DNA of 64,000 nt from Rhizophagus irregularis (lineage: Eukaryota), in assembly GCF_026210795.1 (NCBI RefSeq), contig NC_089434.1, forward strand, positions 4,712,001 to 4,776,000. The letters run 5' to 3'. A model generated the notes under the pieces. It was not told the DNA's origin and made no database searches. It saw only the letters and a program-made list of their open reading frames with translations. The position numbers were made by a program, and so were the translations under genes. This document shows, piece by piece, positions 1 to 12,866 of the stretch; position 1 is the stretch's first letter; the number at the start of each line of letters is the position of its first letter.

Positions 1-2013
1 TTTAAAATTACATATTTCTTTATATTTTGAAAAGGATCTTGAAAAAAATGTGTTTTTAAAATAAATTTTTGGTACGTTATAAAAAAAATATTACTATTAA
101 AAATTGAAAAAAAAAATAAAAATTAATAAAATAGAACTTCACTTACTTATAAGATAAGTCACCCCTAGACCTAAAGTAAAAATTATATATAAAATATTAA
201 AATTTTTTGCAAATTCTACTATAAAAGAAAATTTTATGTTACATTATTATGTTTTTTTTTTCTTTTTAACTAATTAACCAATAGAATTTAAGAAAAAAGT
301 AAAGTAAAAATTATTAGTAAAGGGCCAATTTTCTATAGTGATCTTTATTATAAGTAAGTGAATTATAATACCGTAAAATACTGAATTTAAGCATCTATCA
401 AATTTAAGCACTTCTATATATCACTTTGCCGCAATATTTGCATAAACTAAAATTAAGCATCTCCAAATTTAAGTACTCCAATATAAAAATTCAAATTAAT
501 AATATATGTGAAAAAATTTTATTTTTTTTTTATAATTTTTATTCAATTTTTAATACCAAAAATTACATTATTTAATTATCAACAATTTCATCATTATCAT
601 CTAATTCCTCTAAATTTTCTTTTTCATACTCTTCAATTAATTTGTCAATTTTTTCATAAACCATATCATCTTCTGACCCATCTAACAAATTTGAAATAGC
701 ACATTTTTTAAATGAATTAAAAATAATTTGGTCAGAAATAGCATCCCATAAACGTTTAATCCAGCTGCATACATCACTGATCTTTACTCTTTTCAAATTA
801 CCTGTAGTTAAGCCAGCACTAGCTTTACACATCCACTCATGCCATTCCTTTCATAAATTATCTTTAAATGGTTTATTAATTGATACATTAAGTGGTTGAT
901 ATATACTAGTCAAACCTGCAGGAATAACAGCTAATTGAAAATTGTGTTGTTTAAATTTAGTTTTAACACTTTCCTCCAAATGGTCACGAAATGAATCATA
1001 TACCATCATAGCTGGCTCTTTTGACAAATTTTCAGACATCCGAAATTTAAACAAAAAATCTATATAATTTTTCATTAAATCAGATATCATTCAACCATTA
1101 TCCTGAAATCAGCAAATAACACCTTTTAGAATAACTTCACCACAAGGGAGTTGTTTGCCTTTGAAAATACAAATAGGTGGATATTTTATTTCATCTATAA
1201 AAAATAATAATAATAGATTAGTTAAATAAATGTATTATAAAAAAAGAAAATAAAAATAAAAGCTTCTTACCAGCTAAACAAGTTAAACCTACAGTAAAAT
1301 GATTTTTATCATTTCCAGTAGTACGAATATGTACTGTTTTATCTCCCTTATTATTGACAGTTATATTACCTGCCATATCAAACCAAACAGGAGTTTTATC
1401 CATATTGTAAATGCTATTTAAATCAAAATTGTATTTTGTTCTCAATCTTATGACAAATCTTCTAAATTCTTCCAATTTTTGTTCTGTATCTTCTGGTAAT
1501 TTTTGAGAAATTTAGTTCTTCTTCTTAATGATAAGTTATATTTTTTCATAAAACGATTAATCCAAGTAAGATTTCCTTGAAATTCATACTCTCCTGTTGG
1601 TGAATATAATGTTTGAATTGAAGATTCTTTAAGAATTTTACACATCTGTAATCTAACAGAAGTAAAATTAACAGCAAACCCTTTTTTTCGTTGTTCAATA
1701 ATCCAGTTGTATAGTGGATGACATCCAATAAAATTGGTGATCTTTAATTACTAATAAAAAAATATTGAGAAATTATTTTTAAAAAAAACTTAACGCTAAT
1801 TAATACTTCTTGACAAATTCTATTTAACTATATTAAGATAATTAAAATCAGATTATTGTATCAAAAGTTATAAGCTTTTAAAAATATGGAATTTTATATA
1901 TCTGATTTCAATTTGGCCTTAGTCTGCATTATAATATTTTAGCCAAAATTACATGTATATCCAATTTGATTTTGGCCCGCATTATAAATTTAGCCAGAAT
2001 TATATATACTGTA

Positions 2014-2623
2014 TATACATGAAACTGAAATTAGTTAATTTTGACCTCTGAAATAGTCGAAATGGTTGAAATGATTTTGACTTGAGCCCCTCCAAAAGTC
2101 GAAATGGTCAAAATTACGTCATAGTCATATGATTTTATAGTAAACAATAATATTAAAATTCAAAGTTAACGAACTCCGCATCCAGTAATTCGATTTTTAT
2201 GATCTTTACACGGTTGGATTCAGCTCATTGAGAGGATTCCAATGATATGTATTTCATATTTGTAGCATCAATATTGACGGAGTTATTCACGTTTAAAATT
2301 TGGTATTAAATAATTTTATAATTTTTATAGTAAACAATAATATTAAAATTCAAAGTTAATGAACTCCGCATCCAGTAATTCGATTTTTATGATCTTTACG
2401 CGGTTGGATTAAGCTCATCGAGAGGATTCCAATGATATATATTTCATATCTGTAGCATCAATATTGACAGAGATATTCACGTTTAAAATTTTATATTAAA
2501 TTATAATTATAAAAATCACATGACTATGATGTAATTTCAACCATTTCGACTTTAATTTCGACTTTTGACCTTCCTAAGTTGAAATATTTCTACTTTTAAG
2601 CTTTAATTTTGACTTCATATATA
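2014..2623. mobile_element. MITE-like element with 8-bp TSD (hAT-like), nested in the previous insertion
   Basis: ATACTGTA directly repeated at 2006-2013 and 2624-2631. Imperfect TIRs TATACATGAAACTGAAATTA / TAATTTTGACTTCATATATA. Subterminal inverted repeats at ~2098-2138 and ~2510-2550. Confidence 0.7.
2133..2501. repeat. Tandem duplication, period 190 bp, two copies
   Basis: TTTTATAGTAAACAATAATATTAAAATTCAAAG... starts at 2133 and 2323; about ten substitutions between the copies. Confidence 0.95.
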
Positions 2624-3419
2624 ATACTGTATATATATGACAAATACTTAATCATGATTGGTTGAAATATAAGGTCATGTGATTAATATACTAGTCATAT
2701 GATATATTATATACAAAAATAAAATTTGGCCCTTCAAATAAAAAGTGGATGTCTTATGCTATCACCCACCGTATAAAATTTTCTCTGCTTTAGGGTAAAA
2801 AGCTTTTCTTTCTGGAGTTCTAATGTGTTTTTTCTTTTTATTTTCTTCCTCCCATTTATCACTCTGTTTTATCCATTTTTCTATCATTAGAACGTTTAAA
2901 CTAAAATATTTTACCACAATATTTCTTCCATTTTCTTGAGCATACTTAACTATTATCAATTTTTCTTCAAGTGAATAAGAGGTTCGTTACTTTACTCCTA
3001 CTTTTTTTTGAGTCATTTTTTATAAAAGTGTTTTGTTTTTAGCATGAACATGAAAATTTTTTTTTTAAAAAAAAATAGGGGAAAACTTCAAAAAAATTTG
3101 ATCAGATTATCAAAACCGAAATTAAGCATCACTACCAATTTTAGCGATCACATGACTGTAAAAAAAGGTTCTTAAATTCAGTATTTTATGGTAAAATACA
3201 TGATAATCTATTAATTTTTTAACTTATATAAATATAATATATTGCATTTAATTATAAAATAAAATAATATGATTTGCTTAATATTACACAAAATAATTTT
3301 AATATAAAAATATCTGCATATAACATTTCCAGTAACTGTTATTAATCATTTTTATATATTACATATAGAAATCTCACTTTCATATTAAATATCAAAATAT
3401 TAACAATATATTTCAACAA

Positions 3420-3725
3420 ATAATATCAAAAATCTGCTGATTTAGAATTGAATTTGATACAATTTCAACTTACGATTAAAAATGCTAATCCTGAATTAAA
3501 AGGATTATTTCCTTCAATGGTTAATGCTATTATTCCTAAAAACTAATCAGAATATAATAGACAGGAAGCTAAAAAATCAATTGTTGCTCTATACTATATA
3601 ATTGCTAGTTTGCATAACAAATTCATTAACCAATTCAAGACAGAAGTTGTATTGTATTTAGTAGCATCAGGTATACTACATATGTAAGAAGCTAGTATTG
3701 ATACAATATCAAGTATTAGATATCA
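3420..3725 (+). pseudogene. Decayed coding fragment, probably from a repetitive or TE-associated family
   Basis: Broken frame NANPELKGLFPSMVNAIIPKN*SEYNRQEAKKSIVALYYIIASLHNKFINQFKTEVVLYLVASG with stops. Confidence 0.45.
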
Positions 3726-4886
3726 TATGGGCTAATTTTTGAAATCTAATTTTTTTACACAAAAATAATTTTATTTATTTATTTATTTTTTATTTATAGT
3801 ATGACTGGTCAAAACTTTATGTTTACATTGTGTCTGTACTAGTTTTTAGGGAGGATAGTAGTTGAACGGAGTTCAGAGGTATTAAGGAGATGAAATAAAA
3901 AATTAATTTTATCCTAGGAGTCAGGTTTTTAGAGCGAGGTTAATAGAACGTCTTAAGTGTATGTTACTATAGTAGGTCTCAAATCCAGGTTAAAACTTAT
4001 ATAGAAACTAGTTGGTTAGTATTTGTTAGTTTAGAATCAGGTACCTGCAACTATTATTATAAAATTTTGTATATTTGTATTGTTCGTTACAAATTTAATC
4101 GCTAATAAAAAATAAAAAATAAAAAGATTATAACGATTTTATAGTGATTTTAGTGATTTTAGCAATTTCACTGTTTTTTATTGATTTATAGTGATTTATA
4201 ACAGTTTATAACAACTATATTATAATAAAATATCAGATTCATTTTTATTTGATTACAAGCATATCAGGATTTATATAGGGTCATATCTCGGGCTAAGCTA
4301 ATTTTATATTTACATGCATATGCACAGCGCCGGCTAAATCAGTTTGTACTGTAAATCGTATCACATGAGATCTCTGGGAGAGTTCCAGGAGCTCTATAAA
4401 TCACGAGATGATCGCATTATATGTAATAATCATTTTATAAATAAGCGATTAGCATAAAAATTAATTTTCTTTATGATCGGTTCTTATTACATCATCAGGA
4501 AAATCTGTCCAAAAAATAATACAGCCGGCTAATCATATGATAATGTGAAAACTCTTCTTACTTCCAACCAATAGAAGCAGGATCTAATGGTTAATTATAA
4601 CTTAATTTCAATGGCGATATCGTACTGCGCATTTCAGGTGATCGATCTCACATGATAGGCCTATGCTCAACCTATAGTATCTTGGGGCAACAACTTCGTT
4701 AATTCAGAATCATGCACATATTTATATGAATGGTTACACACCACACACTGCATATAGTTAAAAACCCAAACTTTATTTTCACAAATTGCTGTTTGCACGA
4801 ATTACAAAAATAAAAATTCGTTGACAATATAAAGTAAACTATATTGATTCGGCCAAACTCGCTTTATTTAAGTAGGTTTATGGAGT

Positions 4887-5654
4887 TTAAGTTTTAGAAT
4901 GAGAAGGTGAATGGAGTTTAGCATGATTTCTACCGCGAATGCCACATGATTTAGAACAAACCCGTTGACAACCCCGTTGAATGATTTTCTCATTAGAATC
5001 ACTCTTAAAAATCCATAGTGCTTCGATAACCTTATCAAAGATATCCGTCGAATCAGCTAAAGGAATTGTTATATTTTTTCTTCCATTAGTATATTCGATG
5101 CCAGGTTTTATAAAATCTTCTTCATTAATAGTGCATATGCCGAAGATACGTGTTAAATCAAGTTCATTTAACTTTTGTGAAAATTCTTCAAGGAACGATT
5201 GAATATCGGGAGAAGAGAATTCTATTTTCTTTAGGTATAATAAACATATTAGAGACTAAATAAGATATTATGAGTTTACAATAGTAGCTATTACCAAATC
5301 TTTGTTTTTAGGCCGAAATTCATAGGGGACATAAGAATTATTAATGATTCTCCAATTGAATCCTTGAGCTGGCGAAGCCAATTTGTCAACCTTAACTGGT
5401 TGGCTAACGATTTCTTGTTGAGAGTCAAACAAAGAACCGGTTTCGAGTAAAATTTCACCTTCTTCAAGAGAGAAGTGGTTATGCAAAAGGGTAAGGCCAA
5501 AAATACGTTCTACATGGTAGGCTACGAAGAGGTGTCCTAAAGTTTTAAAGGTCTCTTCAGTAACTTGTTCGTTTTTTGCTTCATCAGCGTCCCAAAGATT
5601 GGGCAATTCATTAAACCTAGCTACAGTATCAAAACTTGGTTCGGTACAGATCAT
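4887..5654 (-). CDS. Hypothetical fungal protein, 233 aa, 2 exons (5654-5295, 5228-4887)
   Basis: The ORF MICTEPSF...FGLTLLHNHF...YVPYEF continues in frame across a 66-nt GT...AG intron into KIEFSSPDIQSFLEEF...IFGIC...GCQRVCSKSCGIRGRNHAKLHSPSHSKT*. A TATA-like AATATAAAAA lies upstream on the minus strand (~5719-5728). Confidence 0.8.
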
Positions 5655-7802
5655 ATTTAATTTGTATTAAATTTAATCAGCTTTGGCGAGCTGGGAGAAA
5701 CATAGTGTTTACATGGCTTTTTTATATTAAATTTCAGTGCTCTCAAGCTGATTATCTGAATGCAATTCGTTTCATAAAGGTTACAAATCAAAAAATGTTT
5801 TTGGTAAGAACGGACAAATGAACCTTCTGATACGGCAATATCAACACTACAGTTTTACAAGCCCGCCGTCTTCTCATTCATTAAAATTGCTTCACAGTTT
5901 GATTACTACAATGGAGTTTCTATCATATCCGCAAATGAGATGAGCTTCTATATCCGTAAATGATATCAACGATATCTGCAAATGAAATCCGTAAATGAAA
6001 TCTATCAAATGTACACAAGCATCACGTCCAGTTCTGAATAATATATTTTTTCGCACACGCATTGTGGACTTCTGTATGGCATGTGAAATATGCGAGCGAT
6101 GAAAAAATAAAGTGCAAGATTAATCCATTACAAGGGCCGGCCAGTTAAGTAAAAATGAAAATAAAAAACAATAGAGTATCAAGAGAGGAAAGACATAGAA
6201 GAACATGCCTGCTCGTTAGGCCTGCCAAGCCCTATCCGCTACCATCTAAACCAATATTACCTGAATGTAAATATGATTACAAGATACAATATCTCAAATG
6301 AAGGTATAAAACGGGAATCATTTTAGTTGTTCGATTGTTACACGCATAATGTATTTCTCTCAAATGAAAGTATAAATCGGGAATCATTTATCATGACTTA
6401 ATAATCACATGTATAGATTTATATCTACATTTGCAAAACGCACACATTTTAAAAATCAATCAAAACATTCTTTATTGCAATGTAATACATGAGAAAGGGC
6501 CGGCCGGCTATGTAAAAAAAAATGAAACTAATAAAGATATTGGAGTAGCAGGTTGTTTCAAGGGAGGAATTTTGCCGAGCCCCAACCCATATAATGGCAG
6601 TTCCTTCCCCACTACTCCGCATTATTATTAAAACTAGCTACCCACCCTCCTAGTAGCATCATCCTGACCCCTTTTATTGTAAAGTGGGTCAAGTCAGACC
6701 CATTGCACAGGTCAAGAACAATACATTTGCTGATTTATGTTACTCATACATTAGTACTCTTTAAGAATAATACTTTTGTAATATTCAAAATAATAGTTAA
6801 GTATTTTATTAATTAATATTTGATATTTTTTTATGAATAAATTGATATATTTTTATAAGAATAATAATAGTTAATGGGAATTTAATATTTTAAAATATTA
6901 AAACAATAAATTATTTATAATAATATAATATAAAAATCAGTACATGAAATTTATTTAAAAAATCTATATATATCAGATATCTATATAAATACATAAAATT
7001 ATATTCACATAAAATCTAAAAATAGTATATCTGATATGTTATGTATAGTTTATAGATTTTTTTACACAAATCTACATAAAAAACATCTAATGTACATTTT
7101 TACATGCAAATGCTAAATGCAACAAAATTAAATTTTTATCAGATGAATTGTTCTTTGATTAACAAAGTTAATTAAAATTACAGTAACTTGAGTATATAAA
7201 CAACTGAACTTTTTATTACTAGCTATTGTTGTAAATTAAACATTGTAATCGGAGATCGGAGTTTTTTTGTGAGGAAGTGCATGCTAGTGTTTCGGGCGAA
7301 ACTAAAACTAAATTTTTGATGAAACTTCCAAAACCTGAGTGTTTACGATATTGTTTCATTTGATGCATTAATAATTCTTTACGTTCAGCTTTTTTTTCCT
7401 AAATTTCATCTGCTAGTAAATTTCTTAAAGTCAGCAAATTTTTGAGATATTTTATTTGGTAAAAATAATTTTACAATAATATTTTTTTAAAAAAATAAAA
7501 ATATGATTTACACGTTAAATAATTCATATTATGTAATAATTTTTTTTTTTTATTTTTTAATTAATAACTATTTTATCTATTACTATAATCATTAGAAAAT
7601 ACATAATTCTAATTATGTAATTCACTATTAAATACTAAATTATTAATAAATAAATTGTAATTTTAATTATTCGTTATAATATACTCTGTTTTTTTAAAAA
7701 AAACCTATTGTAACACTGATGGCGAAAATTTGATAGGTAATTTTTTAATTGTCCAAGTTTTGCAAGTCCAAGAAAACAATCAGTAAGGGTGCAAAACTGA
7801 GA

Positions 7803-9820
7803 TTGTATAATAACTTGTATGGATGCGGTATACAAGTGACCCGTCCAATGTTTTGATAATTTTTTTTTTTATTTCATTTTATTTTATGGAATCTTATTTT
7901 AAAACTTCAGTTATTATTACACGAGAAAAAAAAAATCGCAGTAATATAAGGAGTTATGATAATTTATATATATATATTACTATAAATGATTATGTTTCAG
8001 AAAATATTATCATCCTAAAGGGAATTTATAACAATAGAAAAAAGATAAAAAGAAAAAAAAAAAATTCTTTTTCTTTTCTCCTCGTTTCTAATCTTTCTCC
8101 GTTATTTTACCATTGTCTTTACAATCGCATATAATTTTTTTAACATTGTTCTTTATCAAATTATTAACTATTAAATAAAGCTTAATTTAAACTCGTTTCA
8201 AATTAAATTAGGGATCACAGAATATATGTTCGGTTTATTTGTGTTTCCTCTCAAGCTTGTTTTCTTTAAATTCGAACATTAAACTTCTAAATATGTCGTA
8301 TAGGCAATTAAATTGACCGATTTGGCTACATTATAAATAGAGCCGTAGTAAAACTCCATTAAAAAATCAAACAGCATTGCTTGATAATTTCTAAAATTAT
8401 TATAAGTATTATACAATTTAACTTTATTAATAAGAAATTATTATTGATTTTCTTAAATTGAACGTATATTGTGAAGTTCAATACTTTATGCCATCAAAAA
8501 TTATTTTTTGAAAATTATATTATTGGTTAAATAAAATAAATCGTAGTTTAATCGGTAAATCGAATTCTTAAATATAAAATGTATAAATTGTTGTTTGTTA
8601 CTATCAAAATATTCTCTTTTTATTTGTTTTTGTCCAACAATTCTTGCTATCGCAAAATCTTAGTGTAATATGTCGTCAATCCTGTCATATTATTAGTTCA
8701 TTTGTCGTTGTACGATCTGCATCATTTGTCAAAGTTATTGTACAAAAAAACTGAATTCAGGAACAATGAATAAACATATAAAGAATTTAAATGATTAGGA
8801 ACATGATTATTTATCTTATTTTATATAACGGGTATACTCCCTTTCTAAATTTTCGTTTCATTTTTTTATTTGTGTAAAACCTTGGATAATTAGTTTATAT
8901 TACCCACAGGCATAAAAAATTATTAAGTTTAATTTTGATAGTGTGATAAGGAATTTTTTATTGTAGTAAATATTTACTGTATATCACATCAGTCTTTCTA
9001 TGTTCCCTTTTGAAACATTAACCTTTCATTGGTTCGTCCCGTGAATATTCTATTTCGACTCAGGATCAACTCAGAAGAATCAACTCATAAGAATCAACTC
9101 ATAAGAATCAACTCATAAGAATCAACTCATATCAACTCAGGTTTTTTGCAGTCTGATTAACTGATAGATTGAAAATACGGACCGCGTCGCTTATTACACA
9201 GCATCCCCTTATGGCTTTGATTGTTCTCAACCAGTTTATTTATTGATTTATGGCTGAGAATGGTTTGATTAGGGGTCAATTGTTTACTCTATTTTGTAAT
9301 ACAAAGAGATTGCGAAGTAAAATTGGGAGAAAAATTCACAACTAAGAATTCTTGAATTCACCCTAAAAAAGATTCTTCGATAAATGATCATTTTTCTAGT
9401 TTTTTATTCCCGAAGAAATCATTTTTCTTGAAAATTTTTTATAGGGTTACCTGTTAGAGGCTTTTCTGCTTCTGAGAAAAATAAAAAGCCGACCATATGA
9501 TAATGTCAATGCGTGAATATCAATCAACAAGAAATAAAAAAGGCTGAAAATTCTAAATTATTCAAAAACAACTTATGGACTTGTCGTGACCGGTTCAACC
9601 AGATGTTTTTCATATGGCTCACTTGATGATCGGAAAGTCGATCATTTTGGCTAAAATGATCGACTTTCCGATCATCAAGTGAGTCAAATCCGATATGTAT
9701 TTTCCCGGATATCCTGATGATTGCAGGAATCCGGATAATAAAATTTAAATTTAAATCCACCATTATAGTAGTGGTGCAACAATTACGATATTCGGATAAC
9801 GGTTCTATCCGGATCGAAAT
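7803..9820 (+). repeat. Left arm of a ~2 kb dispersed inverted repeat (partner 59996-62182)
   Basis: Colinear reverse-complement matches along the whole length, e.g. TTGTATAATAACTTGTATGGATGC (7803) vs 62159-62182; AAAAAGCCGACCATATGATAATGTCAATGCG (~9483) vs ~60267-60297; GGTTCTATCCGGATCGAAAT vs ~59996-60014. Confidence 0.93.
9065..9138. repeat. 14-bp minisatellite (AAGAATCAACTCAT) about x4-5
   Basis: Read directly; the partner arm (~60535-60575) holds fewer copies. Confidence 0.9.
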
Positions 9821-11276
9821 ACAATAATATGGACTCAATTTTTATTAAAATTGTGCAATCTATTGAATTTTTTATTAATATAATTCCTTACGATAATATA
9901 CTTCGTTTTTTTAAGTCATCTTTTGAGTGAAAGTGGAAAATTTATAGTAGGTTAAAAAAAGTTGCATACGCGTCTACTTGTTACAGTATACGAACCTTTG
10001 TATGTCACGTATGATGATCTTTTTCTTTGTACGTATGGTTGTATTTTTTTACTATACGTACATACGTATTCAATAAAATACGATCTAACAATCACGTGAC
10101 CATACATTTACAATGTGAAAGATCGAGAATATCTTGTGAGAACATCACTAAATCTAGTCACCAATTAAAAAGAATTTACGTGACTTTTTAGCTTTGGAAG
10201 TTGCAGAAATTTCTCCAGGTTTCTGAATGAAACGAAGAAACGAAGTATATTACTAGTGTAACATATTTACATAATACTTCTACAGAATCAAAAAAAAATG
10301 ACAAACTATGCAACTATGTGAAATTGAAGGTTATCTTTGCACTAGGGAATTCATTCATATCGTCAGATGATACCAAGGGACGACGGTATCACATGACTAG
10401 AAAATAGTTTTTCATGAAATCCACATGACCACTCTCTTGTATCTATGTTTGTAAAAGAAATTGACAAGAAGCATGAAATTTTTGTACCACTGAAAATCAT
10501 TGTTGTTAGCTTTATATATCATGAATTATACATTTTACATATTGACTTTTTTGTTAATTCAAAACTGTCTGATCTTAAATTTGTACAATTATTACTATCA
10601 AAAAAATTGAACACATTTATTGGCCGTATGTAACTCGGGTGTACCGAAACCTTAATCCATTTTAATCCTTTTTCTGTAACAACAATTTTAAATAAGAATA
10701 TGACCGCAGTCAAAGTCTAAAATATTTGTCACACGAGCATTCTGTGTCTAAAACTAATTCTAAAAACAATATAATATGAAACATTTTTATGTCACAAAAA
10801 AAAGTTCTCGAATATTACGCGTTATATGATCATTTTTTTGAAAATGTAAAAGTTTCATTTCTTTAAAAGGGATTGAAGAAAATGAAAAAGTTATTCAATG
10901 CACAAGTTTCAAACTAAATATTATAATGTAAAGCATTTTATCAAATGAGAAAATGAATGATCTAATCACATACTGTATGATGATAAAAATAGTAGTCGGG
11001 ATCTTTTGATTTATGCATGATAAAATTTTAACAATTGATTTTGATACAGCTTTGATTTCCCAAACCAAGTTTATTGATTTTGATACAATACACCTAACGG
11101 CCGACTCGGATTTTGCCAACATAAATCGGAAATCGGAACATAGCAAATGTCTATAATAACCATCAAACCTGAAGCCCCTACTATAAAAAATTTATATTAG
11201 GCAATAAGAACTTTTTTTATATATAACATGGATGTATCTTTTTGGTTTTGACATTATATTTTTTTTCATTCTATTT

Positions 11277-11413
11277 AATCGTTTATACATACTATTCATT
11301 CATACATAATAATCACTCATACTATTTATTCTTCTCTTTTCAGTCTAAGTAATCGTTTATACATACTATTCATTCATACAATAATAATCATTCATACTAT
11401 TTATTCTTCTCTT
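11277..11413. repeat. ~74-bp tandem duplication just upstream of the F-box gene ATG
   Basis: AATCGTTTATACATACTATTCATTCATACA...TATTTATTCTTCTCTT at 11277 and 11351; single-copy in the paralogous promoters at 36.6-37.6 kb. Confidence 0.9.
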
Positions 11414-11429
11414 CATCATACTCATAGCT

Positions 11430-12866
11430 ATGGTTCAACTTTACGCAGATGTTCTTTTAATGATTATGCTCGAATTACAAGATGATATTTCATCTTTACA
11501 TTCTTGCGTCCTTGTTAACAAATCCTGGTCTCGGATCGCCGTATTTTTCCTATGGAAATATATCTCTCGTATCAATGAAATTACCTATAGTCGTGACAGG
11601 GATTCACGTGTAAAGTTATATAAAGTAATAGCCAATTTTTTACCGATCGAATCAGAAAACCTTTTGATTAATAATAATATTATATTGCCTTCATATAAAT
11701 TACCAAGAAAGCCAACATTTGAATATATGAATTATTTTACTCAAATCACACCATATTGGATTAGAGATATGGTGCAACTTTTTATTAAAGAAGATTCCAC
11801 TCATAAAAAAAATTTATTAGAAACCCAAATTTACAATTTAATTTTTGTAAATTGTAAAAACATAAACCATTTTCATTTAAATACTGATATAGAATTCTAC
11901 AAATTTCCAAGTGTGGGGTCATTTTTTTTAAATTTACAATCTCTTTTAATTAATTTTGATAATAATAATATGGTAACTTCAAAAACATTATTTGAACTTG
12001 CCACTATTTGCCAAAATATAAAAACTTTAGAGGTATTTTATTGCAATGAGGATTCTAAAGGTTTAGCTTTATTTATTGAAATGCAGCATAATCTGCGGTC
12101 CTTATTTTTAAATTTTATTGACAATAAAAACAAATACCCACTATTAAGTAATGTGGTGAAGGAAAAGGCTGCCACGTTAAAAACATTAATGACAACACCG
12201 CTTATCGATCCCGGTTCATTTTTAAGTTTAATAAATCTACAACATTTGGAGCTTATTAATCATGATGGAGATGAACCCTATAACTGTTATAAGAATGTAG
12301 ACTGGAAACAATGGGAAGATTGTTTAGACAAAGCTTCTTTTCCAAACCTTCGAATCTTTGAAGCTACACTTATACCAAGTAGTATTGAATGCTTAATAAT
12401 TGAAAAATCAGATAAGAGCATTATTGAAATCGATATATGTTATTCAAGAGAATTTCAAGATTATCGGGCAAAAAATTTAAATTTAATTATTATAATATCA
12501 AAATATTGTCCAAATTTAAGAAGTTTAAATTTGGATATTGACCCCGGAAATCTTTGTGAAATCAATAGGATCTTTTCTAATTGCACAGTTTTAGAAAAAT
12601 TATCCTTTAATATAAATGTTTCAACACTTTCCGACGATGGAGACTACTTATTAGAAATAATAAGTAATAAGTCTCCTTTATCCTTACGAGAATTCTCTGG
12701 GGATGATTGGAATTTCTCAAAAGATGGTTTAGAAGCATTTTTTAATTGTTGGAAATGTAAAAAAAGGAATCCTATTAAATTTACTCATCGTTATATGGAT
12801 TTATGGCATGATGATCAAAAAAATGTGGTGTCAAAATATATGAAAGAAGGTGTAATTAAATTATAA
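11430..12866 (+). CDS. F-box-like / RNI-type leucine-rich-repeat protein, 478 aa
   Basis: Uninterrupted ORF. N-terminal F-box-like motif LYADVLLMIMLELQDDISSLHSCVLVNKSWSRIAVFFLW; LRR units (CQNIKTL, FPNLRIF, CPNLRSL); family C-terminus LEAFFNCWK...YMKEGVIK. Confidence 0.9.
   Translation: MVQLYADVLLMIMLELQDDISSLHSCVLVNKSWSRIAVFFLWKYISRINEITYSRDRDSRVKLYKVIANFLPIESENLLINNNIILPSYKLPRKPTFEYMNYFTQITPYWIRDMVQLFIKEDSTHKKNLLETQIYNLIFVNCKNINHFHLNTDIEFYKFPSVGSFFLNLQSLLINFDNNNMVTSKTLFELATICQNIKTLEVFYCNEDSKGLALFIEMQHNLRSLFLNFIDNKNKYPLLSNVVKEKAATLKTLMTTPLIDPGSFLSLINLQHLELINHDGDEPYNCYKNVDWKQWEDCLDKASFPNLRIFEATLIPSSIECLIIEKSDKSIIEIDICYSREFQDYRAKNLNLIIIISKYCPNLRSLNLDIDPGNLCEINRIFSNCTVLEKLSFNINVSTLSDDGDYLLEIISNKSPLSLREFSGDDWNFSKDGLEAFFNCWKCKKRNPIKFTHRYMDLWHDDQKNVVSKYMKEGVIKL

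Larger units (their letters stand above)
1712..2771. mobile_element. Non-autonomous insertion in the pogo transposase, TA target duplication
   Basis: TA at 1710-1711 and 2772-2773. Removing the insert and one TA restores the frame AEKILY/NWIIEQRKKGF exactly. Ends are imperfect inverted repeats (TAGTGGATGACA ... TATCACCCACCG). Confidence 0.85.
371..3191 (-). mobile_element. Degenerate pogo-like (Tc1/mariner superfamily) DNA transposon; BrkDBD/CENP-B HTH plus DDE transposase pseudogene
   Basis: 21-bp TIRs CCGTAAAATACTGAATTTAAG (371-391) and CTTAAATTCAGTATTTTATGG (3171-3191, 1 mismatch), each flanked by TA. Minus-strand fragments carry pogo motifs: SYSLEEKLIIVKYA, WINRFMKKYNLSLRRRT, NMDKTPVWFDM, MVYDSFRDHL, IPAGLTSIYQPLNVSINKPFK, SFKKCAISNLLDGSEDD. 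Several stops and frameshifts. Confidence 0.92.

Noticed and set aside
7823..8134. 103-aa ORF in the left inverted-repeat arm
   Set aside because: The frame is not preserved in the right arm and it crosses homopolymer runs.
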